Assembly: GCF_006345805.1 (NCBI RefSeq)
Contig: NW_021832570.1
Span: 1 to 64,000 of the forward strand
Direction: 5' to 3'
DNA: 64,000 bases
Source of the DNA: Octopus sinensis
Lineage: Eukaryota
Shown here: positions 14,801-26,210 of the stretch, one piece after another
How the letters are laid out: each line of letters starts with the position of its first letter
How positions within the stretch are numbered: the first letter of the stretch is position 1
Translations under genes and position numbers: made by a program
The notes under the pieces: model-generated
What the model was told of the DNA's origin: nothing
Database searches by the model: none
The model's input: only the letters and a program-made list of their open reading frames with translations

Positions 14801-15359
14801 CAAATCTGGTGTTGAAGTATTTTTAAAAATGATTATTAATACGGCTGGATAGAATGAAGACTCGAAATATTGAAAACATTAGATCTTCAATGATCCAAAC
14901 TCGAAAAAGAAACAAGTCAAAACTTACTGATTATTTGGTTTTAATTAAATTTTCGGCTCAATAATTTAAATTTTTAATAGATTAAAAATCGATAAATCTC
15001 TCGAATCCGCCAAATTTTACCGATCCCCGAAATTAGCGGAATCAAGAGACTTTACTTTATTAACAATACAGGTAATAGGGATTAAGAATTTCATAATTAT
15101 GATTCGATTTGTCACAAGATTCTTTCCAAAATATTCATTATTTTCTCGGCAACAAATCTTTAATCATCCCGAAAGCGTTGGAAAATCAATTGATTTTTTG
15201 AGAATAAAAGGATAGTACGAGACCACAAAATTGAGAAGACATTTTAAAAACAATACATTCTGTATATGTCCATTAGTCTGAAAAGAACAAGAAAATTCCT
15301 TTCGTAATCGTCAAAATTGACATTAAAAATGACTTCAACTCGATACGACGTGATACACT

Positions 15360-15535
15360 TCTGGAAGATTGCTTTACGTACTACCCATCAGTGTATAGCT
15401 ATATTCATAGCTCATATGGAAAACCATCTAGTCTGGTGCACGGCCAATATTACATTCCATCGTGTTCTGGAATCCAACAAGGAAACCCACTGCCTAACCC
15501 TAAACACCAATAAATGTGAAGTTATCAATTTTATA
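15360..15535 (+). mobile_element. CRE-clade RT remnant
   Basis: YYPSVYSYIHSSYGKPSSL and LTLNTNKCEVIN, the latter similar to GLSVNAKKTEIIN in the 19.6-kb copy. Confidence 0.45.
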
Positions 15536-16279
15536 GATCAAAATAATATAAATTAATATAAATTTAATTCAAAAAGGATCAAAATAATATAAAGTTAATT
15601 CAAAAAGTCAATATTTGTCGAGATTAATTAATTGATAAAATAAATACAAATTCACTTGCAAAATAAACTTTATTCAGGATATTTTAGCAGTAGTCAAATT
15701 AATTAATCATCAAACAAATAAAAAACGCAAATATTATAAAAATAAAACATTGATTATACAAAATAATAGAATAACAATTAACAACAGAAATGGAACAACA
15801 GAAGAAAAGAATATAACATGCATTACAAGTGAATAATATATCATATTTAATTCGATAAATTAAAAACATTTAATTTTTCAAAATAAATAACATTTTACAA
15901 TTCTTTATTTTATAGCTTTAGTAATATTATGATCTGGTAGATAGCTTTAGTACTTTCCTAATCAGTCATAATATTGTATTCCTAAAACTAAGATTCGAAA
16001 TGTTAAAATCAAATGTCACACGGCCACAACTGTACTTTACTCTCGCCAGATGTGTACACACCAACATCAAATGTGCAAGTTGGAAAAAAACTTAAAACAT
16101 GAATCCTTTGGTATATTTCTATGAAATCAAAGAAAACTTATAAATTTTAAAAAATATGATGTTTTTTTAAATTACAATACACGTTCAAATGCGTTTAGTG
16201 CAAGTAACAAAGAAGACTTACTGAATTACTTAAGGAACTTAAGAGCAATCCTGAGCTCGTATACCAAAAGAGCTCATGA

Positions 16280-16560
16280 AATTGCTTCGTTATTTCGAAC
16301 ATCTTTTTATTTATTTGGGCCACCATTGATCTTGCATACAACAATGGTAAAGAATTTTGCAATGACCATGTGCCCGTTTATGTGAAAAGTACAAATTAAA
16401 CATTCCGTGGACGACCAAGGGCCCTTGGTACAGGGACAGGTGGAAAGGTTGTAAGATAACATTATTCTTTAAACTAAATTCAGAGTATCAAAGATGGATT
16501 TCATCTAAAAGTACTCTGATGATGTTTTGGACGCTATTGCGATATATCAAAGCTTGTTTT
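16280..16560 (-). mobile_element. Highly degenerate LINE RT remnant
   Basis: Weak AFD / QG..L..MFNLY / YxxD-like motifs spread across frames. Confidence 0.3.
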
Positions 16561-16692
16561 GATTATAACAATACTGTCCATTCCACACAAAAAAAGTCCT
16601 TTAATCTATTATGGGCATAAAATATCCTATTGAAACATCAAGGAGGAACTAGAATCATTGTTATTTAAAAAATAAAAAAGTTAGTTACTCTA

Positions 16693-16738
16693 AAGGGGCC
16701 GCAAAAAAAATCCTGGGGGCCGCATTTGAGAACCGCTG
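16693..16738. mobile_element. Isolated hAT terminus
   Basis: GGGGCCGC subterminal repeats followed by TTTGAGAACCGCTG, which resembles the hAT ends at 13402 and 46790. Confidence 0.55.
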
Positions 16739-19612
16739 GTAAAAACATGAGTTGAGTTGCAGAATTTACAAGCTACATGTATTGGGTCCTGCAGTTTTAG
16801 GAATTCCCGTGTTCAGAGCGAATTCATCACATGGTCACTAGCCTTTTCATCAAAGGAAAATGTTTGCAGAGGAAAAAAATTACTGGCCAAGAGAGTGATG
16901 TCTCCTGTCCAATTTCGGCTGACCAGACTAGTAATGGCCGAAAAAAGAGAGGAGATTGAGATCCTTGACGTGTTTGAGTCGAAAGGCCCTAAAATGCTCT
17001 TTCTAGATGAATAGATAGGTTCAATTGTAAGAGCAAGTGGGAGTAAGTCTTTCGGGAAGGCTAGCGATCGGATGGCATTGAGGGGTTCCGGGTGGTTCGC
17101 CTTCAATAAAAAGAAAGCATCAGCTAAGGGTTTAGAACAATAACGTCTTTCATAATTGTACAGATGACTGTGCGGATTCGTGTCTGTGTTTAATAAGCAT
17201 ACTCTCAAGCGTGCTCTTCAGCATAACCGAGTGTATGTCCTAATTCCTTATTTAACTTATTAATGACTTTTAAATAACTTTTAAACAACTCCATCCCATG
17301 TTAAGACAATTTGAATAACCTTTACTTTTGGTTTACAGAGATCAATAGTTTGTTTACAAGCAGGTCTTATTTGTGAATTTTTTGCCACTTCAACTTAGTT
17401 TAAACCATCTTATAAGGTAATGCCAACTTCGATTAAATTAAGTTCTTTTTTGAGCACTGCGACCGAGATTTATTAGAAAAACCAGCTCATCACCCTTTAG
17501 TCGTTTGTTTTTGAGGAGAAATTTTTTTCACTGACAATCCAATATAACTTTGAAAGCTCGAATTTATAGATTTATATTATAGATTAAATTTTGAGCGATA
17601 GCATAATAATGAATCAGCAATAATGTATGCAGTTCAATTTCCGAAATGTAATATCCGTAACTCTAACTGCAAAGAATAGATCTAACAAAGATTCAAAAGA
17701 ACATTTATATAAATTTATTATTGTATTTATTATAAAATACTTAGACACTCACTATTTTTGATGCAGACGTACCAATGTGGCTTCTGTGGTATCTAAATGT
17801 GTTTATTGTCAGATAAATTGCCAATTTTATTAATTTCTGTCAAAACGATTGCTTGCTAATAAACCCGTAATAACGCATATTATTGCTTCTTCCCAAAGAG
17901 AACGATACTTTGTAGATCTTATCGATTTAAGACACGTTCTCCATTTAAGATACTCACTATAGATTGATATTCTGCGATACTTTTCACAAAACCTGTCATT
18001 ATATATAGAGAAAAACATTTTAGAGGAAATGTTGAAAATTCAGAAATAATGCTAAAAAATATTGAATATGTAGCGATTAACAAATATGTAGCGCTAAAAG
18101 AAACTTGAAATAAGATTATTTGAATTTATCGAGAACCTTGATAACATTGCTTGCATTAAAGTGTCCACATTGTGTGTAGAGTACTATTGAAGATATAGTT
18201 GCATAATAGAAGTTATTAGCCATCTGGAAGTCATTAAGTGAAAGTTCTGATGATTTTTATCCACTATCATCTGAGGATTTTAATGTAAAAAATATTTCAG
18301 ATGTTTCAGATAGATTTTGTATAAATTATGAGAGAAAATTTGGATCATAATGATTTTTTATTGAATTTTCGAAGAGTTAATTTTTTCCTATACGACGATT
18401 CGTTCATTCCGGACGGTGTTTTATCCTCCATCTGCTGTGGTTACCCCCTCCCCCACTGACTTTCGAGAACTTATTTTTTGAAAGCCTTTTACAAAAGGGC
18501 AACCTCCGCAGTTTGCCCAGTGATTCGACGAATCCCAGTTAACACACTTTCTATAACACTCAGCCGCAGAGTTGAACTGGTTTCGTTTGTGCGGACTCCC
18601 ACATCGTAGATAGCGCTACTGTTCCTTATAAAATCTAGAAATATGTCCAAATTTCTGACATTTGAAGCACTAGGCTTCTGGTTTTTTAAACCTTCCGAAT
18701 GAAATTTTATTAAAACCTATCTTCATTTCTAATTCTACCAGGGATTGGGCTTTGGTCTTGTTTTGCATCGTGAGTTTTGCCACCGGAAAAGGCATTCCTT
18801 ACAAACGAATAAAACTAGGAGAGATTGAACAGGATACCAGGTTGAGCAGGTCTACCAAAGCATTTTCTGTTACCCAGTAAGGCAGGTTTAGTATTATTAG
18901 TTTTTAGTTCCGCAGTGTCAAGTATTCAATTGAGTGTCCATAAAGATTTAAAAGAAGATTCCGCTCTCAATCATAAATAAAGTCGTTTATTCTCCTCTGC
19001 ATTCTTAAATAGAAGTTCATAAAGATTCATTATGGTGCTGCGAAATGGGGGCCCTCGGGGCGGTTGGAGATTCACAAATTATATTTGCGACTTTGATCAA
19101 ATCAATTGTAGCGTTATTCGAACATATAAGAATAGTTAGTAGAATATTCTAACCCAACAAACTTCTAACAACAACGTGATTCATACGAAATGGCGAATGC
19201 TTTTGAATTTGTTAGGATCGCTGACTTTGCTGAAACCTTTACCTTTAATGGCTCCGCTCTAGCCACTTGGCAAAAGCAAAGAAAAAACAAGACTCCTAAA
19301 TATCAAAAATTCACAACAATTCAAAACACATTGGATTCGTATTTGACCATTTATTCTTTCACGTTTTTCGTTTTTTTGTTACGTTTGACTCTTTGTTTAA
19401 AACACTTTAATCCGATCGATTAAATTGGAGAGAGTTAAATTGATGGTTATATATTTTAGTGGTACACTATAATAAGCGCATGCCATCAAATCTGGTTCCA
19501 ACATTAAGATTCGATTCAAAGATGACACTCCTCTCCAATATATTTTCACTGCAAAAAAGATGCATCCATTTAGGGCATAAATCAGATTGTAAACTATTGA
19601 TTAGTGTAAATA

Positions 19613-19875
19613 CTAGACCACTTCGCGATGACAATCGATGAGGCAGCTCGACTTGCTGTCTCTCAATTCAATCTGTGGTATCTTGATGATGCCACATTGG
19701 GTGGCCATGCTGACCAGGTTATTCGGGATGTCGAACGCATCGTACCAGCACTGGCTACCCTCGGCCTCTCGGTCAACGCAAAAAAGACCGAGATCATTAA
19801 TGTCTCGTGTTCGGAGGCCGACTTCCAATCCGCAGTGGCCCGCCTCGGAACAACCCTGCCTGGCGCGAACGTTAA
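19613..19875 (+). mobile_element. CRE-clade RT fragment
   Basis: SQFNLWYLDDATLGG...LGLSVNAKKTEII; the YLDD motif in a CRE-like context. Confidence 0.75.
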
Positions 19876-19990
19876 TTAGTTCAATTGATAAATAATTAGT
19901 TTTGACTCTTTATTAATAAAAGGATAAAGTTATATACATATCTTTAATTAATGTTTTTTCTTTTTTTAGGACAGCTACTCGACAGACAGA

Positions 19991-20345
19991 TCACTTATCG
20001 ACACCTCTTCTTTTTGTATTTAATATGAAAGTCAACTCCTCTGACGGGTTTACTGATATTCCCAGTTCCTCTCTAGCGATACGACTATTTGCCTCTTTCG
20101 CAACTAAATGGTTGTCAATTTTTGTGCAATGTCTGTGTTTAGCGCCCATGTTCTTCATTCTTTTCTTGATTGTCACTGATTGGATAGACGTTTCAAGCAA
20201 AACATCTATATTCAATTCAACATAACTTTTTTGGGTCTTGTGAAAGTGCTACTACTATTGTAAGTCCTGACTCTTTGAAGTGAGCAGGCGGTGGCACTCT
20301 ACGCATCTCCTTCCCTTCTTCTCATCCTTCTTTGACTTTGTAGAC
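19991..20345 (-). mobile_element. Possible LTR-retrotransposon gag-knuckle/protease remnant
   Basis: CVECHR followed by IDVLLETSIQSVTI, resembling the protease motif LLDTGAxxSI. Degenerate. Confidence 0.35.
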
Positions 20346-21789
20346 CACCGAAAAAATGCAGTGCTGTCACTCTTGCTGTCTAAATATCAGGAAAGAACTG
20401 GATAAAATATTGTAGCAGACTACAACTGTCATTGATTAGCTTTTAACTTGTAATTTAATAGTAATGGCCTCATGGCCATATGGATACCGATCTATAAACA
20501 CTACTTTCATGCTACTGTATAAAGCTATAGAGGAGAATGAATAAAGCGACTCTGGTTGCGGGGTACAAAAAGGAAAAGTCCTTATTTTTAATACCAAACA
20601 AATAAATTAGCATAGAAAGTGTGCTAAAAAATTGAATCATCAATTCATTTTTAAAATTTCAAATCAATTATATCGAGTTTTTAAAATTTTCACCTTTCGA
20701 GATTTTGAATGTCAGATCTCTGAAAACGTAAACGATCTGACAAATCTCCCATCTTTCTTTCCGAAAAAAACTTGGAAAAACAGTACTTTTTTGAAAAATC
20801 AATTTAAATGGAATGAGTGCACTTTGAGACTAGCTTATCTCACAGAATGGAAAAACTGGTTTATACATTTTATTCTTTAATTGATTTTTTCCAGGCAAGT
20901 ATTCTTAGGAACAAAGTTGGTGATTGGAATCTCGTTCCATTTTTAATAATATATTTAAAAATGAAAATATATTAATTAGCGCACATTAGGTGACAATGAA
21001 TAAATAAATAACAATACATGTGATTTAACGTGCATTATAGTACGTTCTTGTGCCTATGTGTCTCATTTTAAATAATCATAATTTAAATGCCCTACTTGAA
21101 TAATCATAATATTTTGGATTCCAAACACAATTCCAAAATTATTAAAGACAAGAAAAGTTATATGTCTTGTCTACACCGGATGTATAATCCAGCCATATTA
21201 AATCCCCGAAATCAAAAAAATTGTGTTTATTATGTTGAAAATGCATAAATGTTCGGTCTTTTAATCGGCGAATAGAAAAATCCTTCATAACCTATGTAGC
21301 CCGGTTATAATTTAGGCTTGTTTTTACGAGAGTTTCTTCCCGACATGTAGAAAGCCTTGAAGTAAACCTTATATGTGTCGCTTTATACGTTTCAAATAAT
21401 TTCTATGATATTGAAATTTCATCACGAAATCCAAGTTGGCTAGTAGTTGTTACATCACTGATTATTCATATTTTATTATTTTTTTCTTTCCCGTCTATTG
21501 CAGTTTTTCGTTTTAGGCGGATCCTCAGGGTACATATGTTTCGTGTATGCACTATGCTTTAAATACATAAAATTAGAAAATATACTCATAAAAATTATTC
21601 TTAATGATCGAATTGAACTTTCCCTCATAACACATGTAGACGATGCATAATATAGTCTTGACTCTCACCAGAATTTTTTCTCGCATCATAAAAGCCTTGT
21701 AAAAAAACAAGTGCATATGTTTACCAGTAGTAATCAAACATAGCAATTTCAGCTTTAAAATTATTTATTAAAAATAGTCAAACAGCACA

Positions 21790-22295
21790 TTTTTTGGCTT
21801 GCTATCAAAAAATTGTGTTTATCATATTAAAATGCATTAATGTTTGGGGTCATTTAAAAAGCGAATACTAAGTTCACTTGTAATTTCCTAGCAATTGTAC
21901 CCCAGATATAATGTAGGCTTACTTTAATAGGAAAATTTCTTTTCCCCGTAATTGAAGCCTTCCAAAAAAATACAATCGCATATGTTTACTATGTTCATTA
22001 TACTTTTATTACATAAATTAGAAAATATTCCCGCAAGTTATCATATATTTTCTATTTATATTGAAATGCTATTACATAATCGTAATTACCTAATAATTAT
22101 TACATTCATTATTATTCCTTTTTTATTTGTTTACTCTGTAAAACAGCAGTTTTAGCTTTCATAATCATTCATTAAAAATACTCCAACAGCAGATTTTTAT
22201 AGTTTGCTATCAATATAAAAAATATTTTCATCTCCATTCCAAGGGAAGTGTTGGCAGGCCAAAGTCTTCTCACTTTTTTGAACTTTTGTTTAATA
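21790..22295 (-). repeat. Inverted copy of 14265-14800 (extreme 3' end of the Myb paralog plus flank)
   Basis: The reverse complement reads TATTATTAAACAAAAGTTCAAAAAAGTGAGAAGACTTTGGCCTGCCAACACTTCCCTTGGAATGGAGA... and stays colinear with the 14.3-kb copy for about 500 bp. Confidence 0.85.
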
Positions 22296-23527
22296 ATAAA
22301 ATTGTTTATACTTGTGAAATACGCTACATAGATCTTCAAAAGGTGGCTATTGATTATATGTTCATGTGCATGCCTGATCTAGCCACCCCACTTAGTTCTC
22401 GGGAGCAGTCCTTCTCGTGTTCTTTGTACTCACACTCATTCACCACACAATTCTCCAAGTCAGGAAACTCGTCATTTCTTTCTAACTCTCTATTTCAGCT
22501 GTTATCTATCTTTGCTAATGGTCTTCAAGTTTTCTCACTCTCCTTACGTTATGCTCACTCCATAAAAATTCCTCATGAGACAATGCCCAACATAGTAGCC
22601 TACATACATCACTTTATCACCGACCACATCAAACAACTGGAGATTTATCGCCAGTTTAGCCAGCTATTCCAATCCTATCTGGAGAAACAACTCCGACCGA
22701 ATTCCACTTCAAGAGAGTCTCAGGTTCCTCAAGGACCAAGGAAGTAGCAGTGAGTCCTCTCTTTTTATTGACAGTGCTCTTCTAGGTCGTCTAATGAGGA
22801 CAGTTTTTTTAAGCTTGAAATTGAAAAATATGAAGGCAATAGATTTCCAAGAAACTTTTTCCTTCGTATGGCCTTCGATAGTATCTGGCACTTAGATGTT
22901 TTCAAAAGAATTAAACAAAAAAGCTCAATATTAGCTTAAATTTTTTTTGTCAGACCGCAATCTGTCGTCTCTCAGTCTGGATTTCACTTGTAAAATCCAT
23001 CTCTTAAAAGAAGTTCAGGGATCGTGTATGAAGATCATCATGAGAATTCCGGCAACCCCCCAATCCGAATGGGACGGGGAAAAGAGGTAGTGGGCCACGA
23101 GAGTTTAATATTTGTAGGTTTTCACCGCCTCAGCCAATTTTGGTTATCAATATGCATTGTCTCCGTAAATAGAGATATTAGGAAATAGTGATTCTCTGTA
23201 AAATAATTATAATATTTTACGCGTGAAAACCTACAAATCGCTATATCCTGACATCTCTATTTATTGTAAAAGTGATTCCCCAGTTTGCCAAATTTATAGT
23301 TCTCAGATTTTTAAGTGCGTGACATAATATTTACCTTAAAAAACAAAAATCGATTCTTTTCTTTAATACGTAAATATGAAATTTTTTCGACGCCCGAACA
23401 CTCCTTATTTCATAAGTATTCATAATTGCATGCTATTTTTCCTTTAAGCGTAGTTCTTCAGCTCCTCGAACTTTAAGGGTGCGAGCATTTCTTTAGATAT
23501 AGACGTTATGGTTGATTCCATCCATAA

Positions 23528-23950
23528 AAATGGTCGGAATATTTTTACTCTGAAGTACCAAAAGTTGTTCAACAAGACTTTTTAAATATTTTTATTAACC
23601 TCTAAATGGTTCAAACCTAACATCTTTTAAAATGTAGTAAATGAATTCAATTAATCAAATACTGTTGATTTTAACACTGAGATATTCTATTTTAAATAAA
23701 AATGCTACTAAATCTCGCAAATTTGGGAGCAGGTTTGCTTGTATAGCATTAGGCATATAGATTCAGTATACTTGTGTAATTTTTCATACCTTTTCCACCT
23801 CTTCCATCATCTTCAATAAGTTTTCACCTGTCGATATAGCTTCACATAGGGACTCCTAAATTGACTGTTTTCCTGATTCCACCCCTCAATTCGATTGGTA
23901 AACTGTAAATATTTTGGCTCTTTTTCTTTGTTTTCTTTCTTTACTATTAC
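23528..23950 (+). repeat. ~430-bp dispersed direct repeat, second copy at about 36040-36470
   Basis: Both copies begin AAATGGTCGGAAT.TTTTTACTCTGAAGTA.CAAAA and stay colinear through CCTCAATTCGATTGGTAA. Confidence 0.8.
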
Positions 23951-24674
23951 TATTTTCTTATTTTTCCTTCACAGCTACACTTTGAACTTGAAAATTTCAT
24001 CAAAAGATAGTCTATCAGTACACTCGACTAAATTTTTCGCATTTAAATTCTACTAGGAAATTTAGTTCTTCGAAATCATTCATATAAAAAAAATTAAATA
24101 TAAATTGTTAATATTTCGTATTAATAAATTTTTTTAAATTTCTTAATAAAATTTATTTATTATTTAAGGTGCTTTGAAAACATTTTTATCAATGTAAAAT
24201 TTAACTAATAACTCTTTCTCGCCCTGCTTTGAAAGAGGGAGCAAGCTACTCGACTTCATATACAAAATTGACCAGAAAGTGGTAGGACAGGTCTTATCAA
24301 TGTTGAGAAAAGGCAACTGACAAATGCCAGTCTAATCTGATTTGTCTTAATAGTCCTGCCTATTCTCACAAGAGACGGTTCTCAACTCCATGAAGTGGGA
24401 CTTCTACAAATCTGCTCGCGACATACTCGCGAGAATTGAGAGACAACTTTGTTGTAAAAACGGAGAAAAAATTGATTGTGGACTCCTTCGTTGAGTAATA
24501 TGGAACAGGACAACAACTTTGTTCTCGGATTGACACAGGAGAACGTGTTTTTCCACCAATTAGAATTCGGAAGAAAGGAAGGAGATTTCCAGAATTCGGT
24601 CGTTATCATAAAGTTTGTTGATGAAAGTGATCTCATCGGTAATCTAAAACATGTGACAAAAATTGAGTATTCTT

Positions 24675-25819
24675 TGTCACCGTCCATCCAATAAACCACT
24701 CCGTTGAATGGACCGACTACTTTTCGTTAAAATAAAAATATAATTTTTATGAAATAAATGACGATCGAATTATTAATAAATAATATTTTTTTGAATAAAA
24801 AAATATTGCGCATTTCGGCATGGTTTTAATGAAGCTTTTTTTGCATGAAATAAACAAATTAAGGATTATTTTAATTCTGATTCGTCATCCTTTAAAGATG
24901 TTGAAAAAAAGATACAGATTGAAAAAATTTTCGAATCTGATCCGGATTAAAGGCGGAAAACTTACATTCTACAGGAAGACACTGAACGTCTTTTTTGCGA
25001 TTGAGGAATATGAGCTTAAGCTCAAGCACATTGAGGTTACCTATTGTTAAACATGGTCAGTCAGAACGTAATATGGATCACTTTGAACGAGATCGTTTAT
25101 TTGAAGATGCTTCGTAATCGTTATTACAATGTTACCCGACTCAGGCACAAAGCGATCAAAGTTGCTTTTAGATGATGGGCTAGATGCTACAATGTATTAT
25201 GTCATCACTGTTCGAGAGGATTTATACCTCCTAGAAGACGGTAAAGGAAAAATTTTAACTGAGGTACATATTTCAAGGCTGAAAAAGCTTAGCTGACTTT
25301 GATTTTGACATTTTTTGTTTTTAATGTAAATTTTTAAATTTTATTGGTTTTTAAAATTCGGGCTTTGTAAAAGCTAGGGCTTAATAGATATTTTTTTATT
25401 TAGGGTTGGCTTTTAAAATAAGTTTTAGTAAATGTTAAGGTTGTGTTTGATTGGGTTTGGTAAAAATTAACGTTAGGGTTTCATTTTTTAAAAGTTCTGT
25501 TGAATAATTTTAAATTTAAATTTGTAGTTTTTAATAAAAGTGATTTTTCTAATTTAAAAATGATTATTTTAATTGGAAAAACCCTAAAGGTAATGAAAAT
25601 GATAATTAAAATCAATAATTTTTCAAATTTAAGGTTAGGTTTGTGTTGTTCTATGTTTTATTTTTCAGAGGTTATGAAAAACATTAAAAACAACTTTAAA
25701 ATGGGACTCAAGACATATTTAGAAAAAAATAAAACATATTTTATATGGATAGAATTGATTAAAATGACATTTTTATATTGGTCCATTCAACGGCGTGATT
25801 CGTTAAGTGGACATTGACA
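24675..25819 (+). mobile_element. Non-autonomous Ginger-like DNA transposon with both ends (1,145 bp)
   Basis: 40-bp imperfect TIRs TGTCA...CCGTTGAATGGACC (24675-24714 and 25780-25819). 5-bp TSD TTCTT (24670-24674 and 25820-25824). Internal remnant FFAIEEYELKLKHIE/SERNMDHFERDR with a 25-nt intron at 25036-25060, and tail YYVITV...EVHISRLKKLS*. Confidence 0.85.
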
Positions 25820-26210
25820 TTCTTTTAAAATATTTTATTTGGGTTGAGCCTTATAGAGATGTCAGTTCTTTTAGCAACCTTCCGTAAAAAATTCTCTCCA
25901 ATTATTTAATAACAGTAGATTGCAAACCTTCACCATACCCAATAGAAAGAGCGATATTAAACGTTCTCTCAAGGAAAAGTTCAATCTTTATTAGTTTCAA
26001 TTTTTCTTCTTTGTTGTGGACTTTTCTTTATACAAATTCCCTGATACTGGAGTTAAAGAATAATCATCTATTTAAGTTTTTTGAAAAAACAAAAATAAAG
26101 AAAATTGTTCCATTTCCTATTCAACAAAATTGACTTAGGTCAATTTATAAAAGTTTAAAATGTGTTAATTTTTATCCTAGAAACACAATTTGAAAAAATC
26201 AAATAATTAT

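Noticed and set aside
16757-17208. ORFs possibly from a retroelement N-terminal region
   Set aside because: The similarity is too weak and the motif order is inconsistent.
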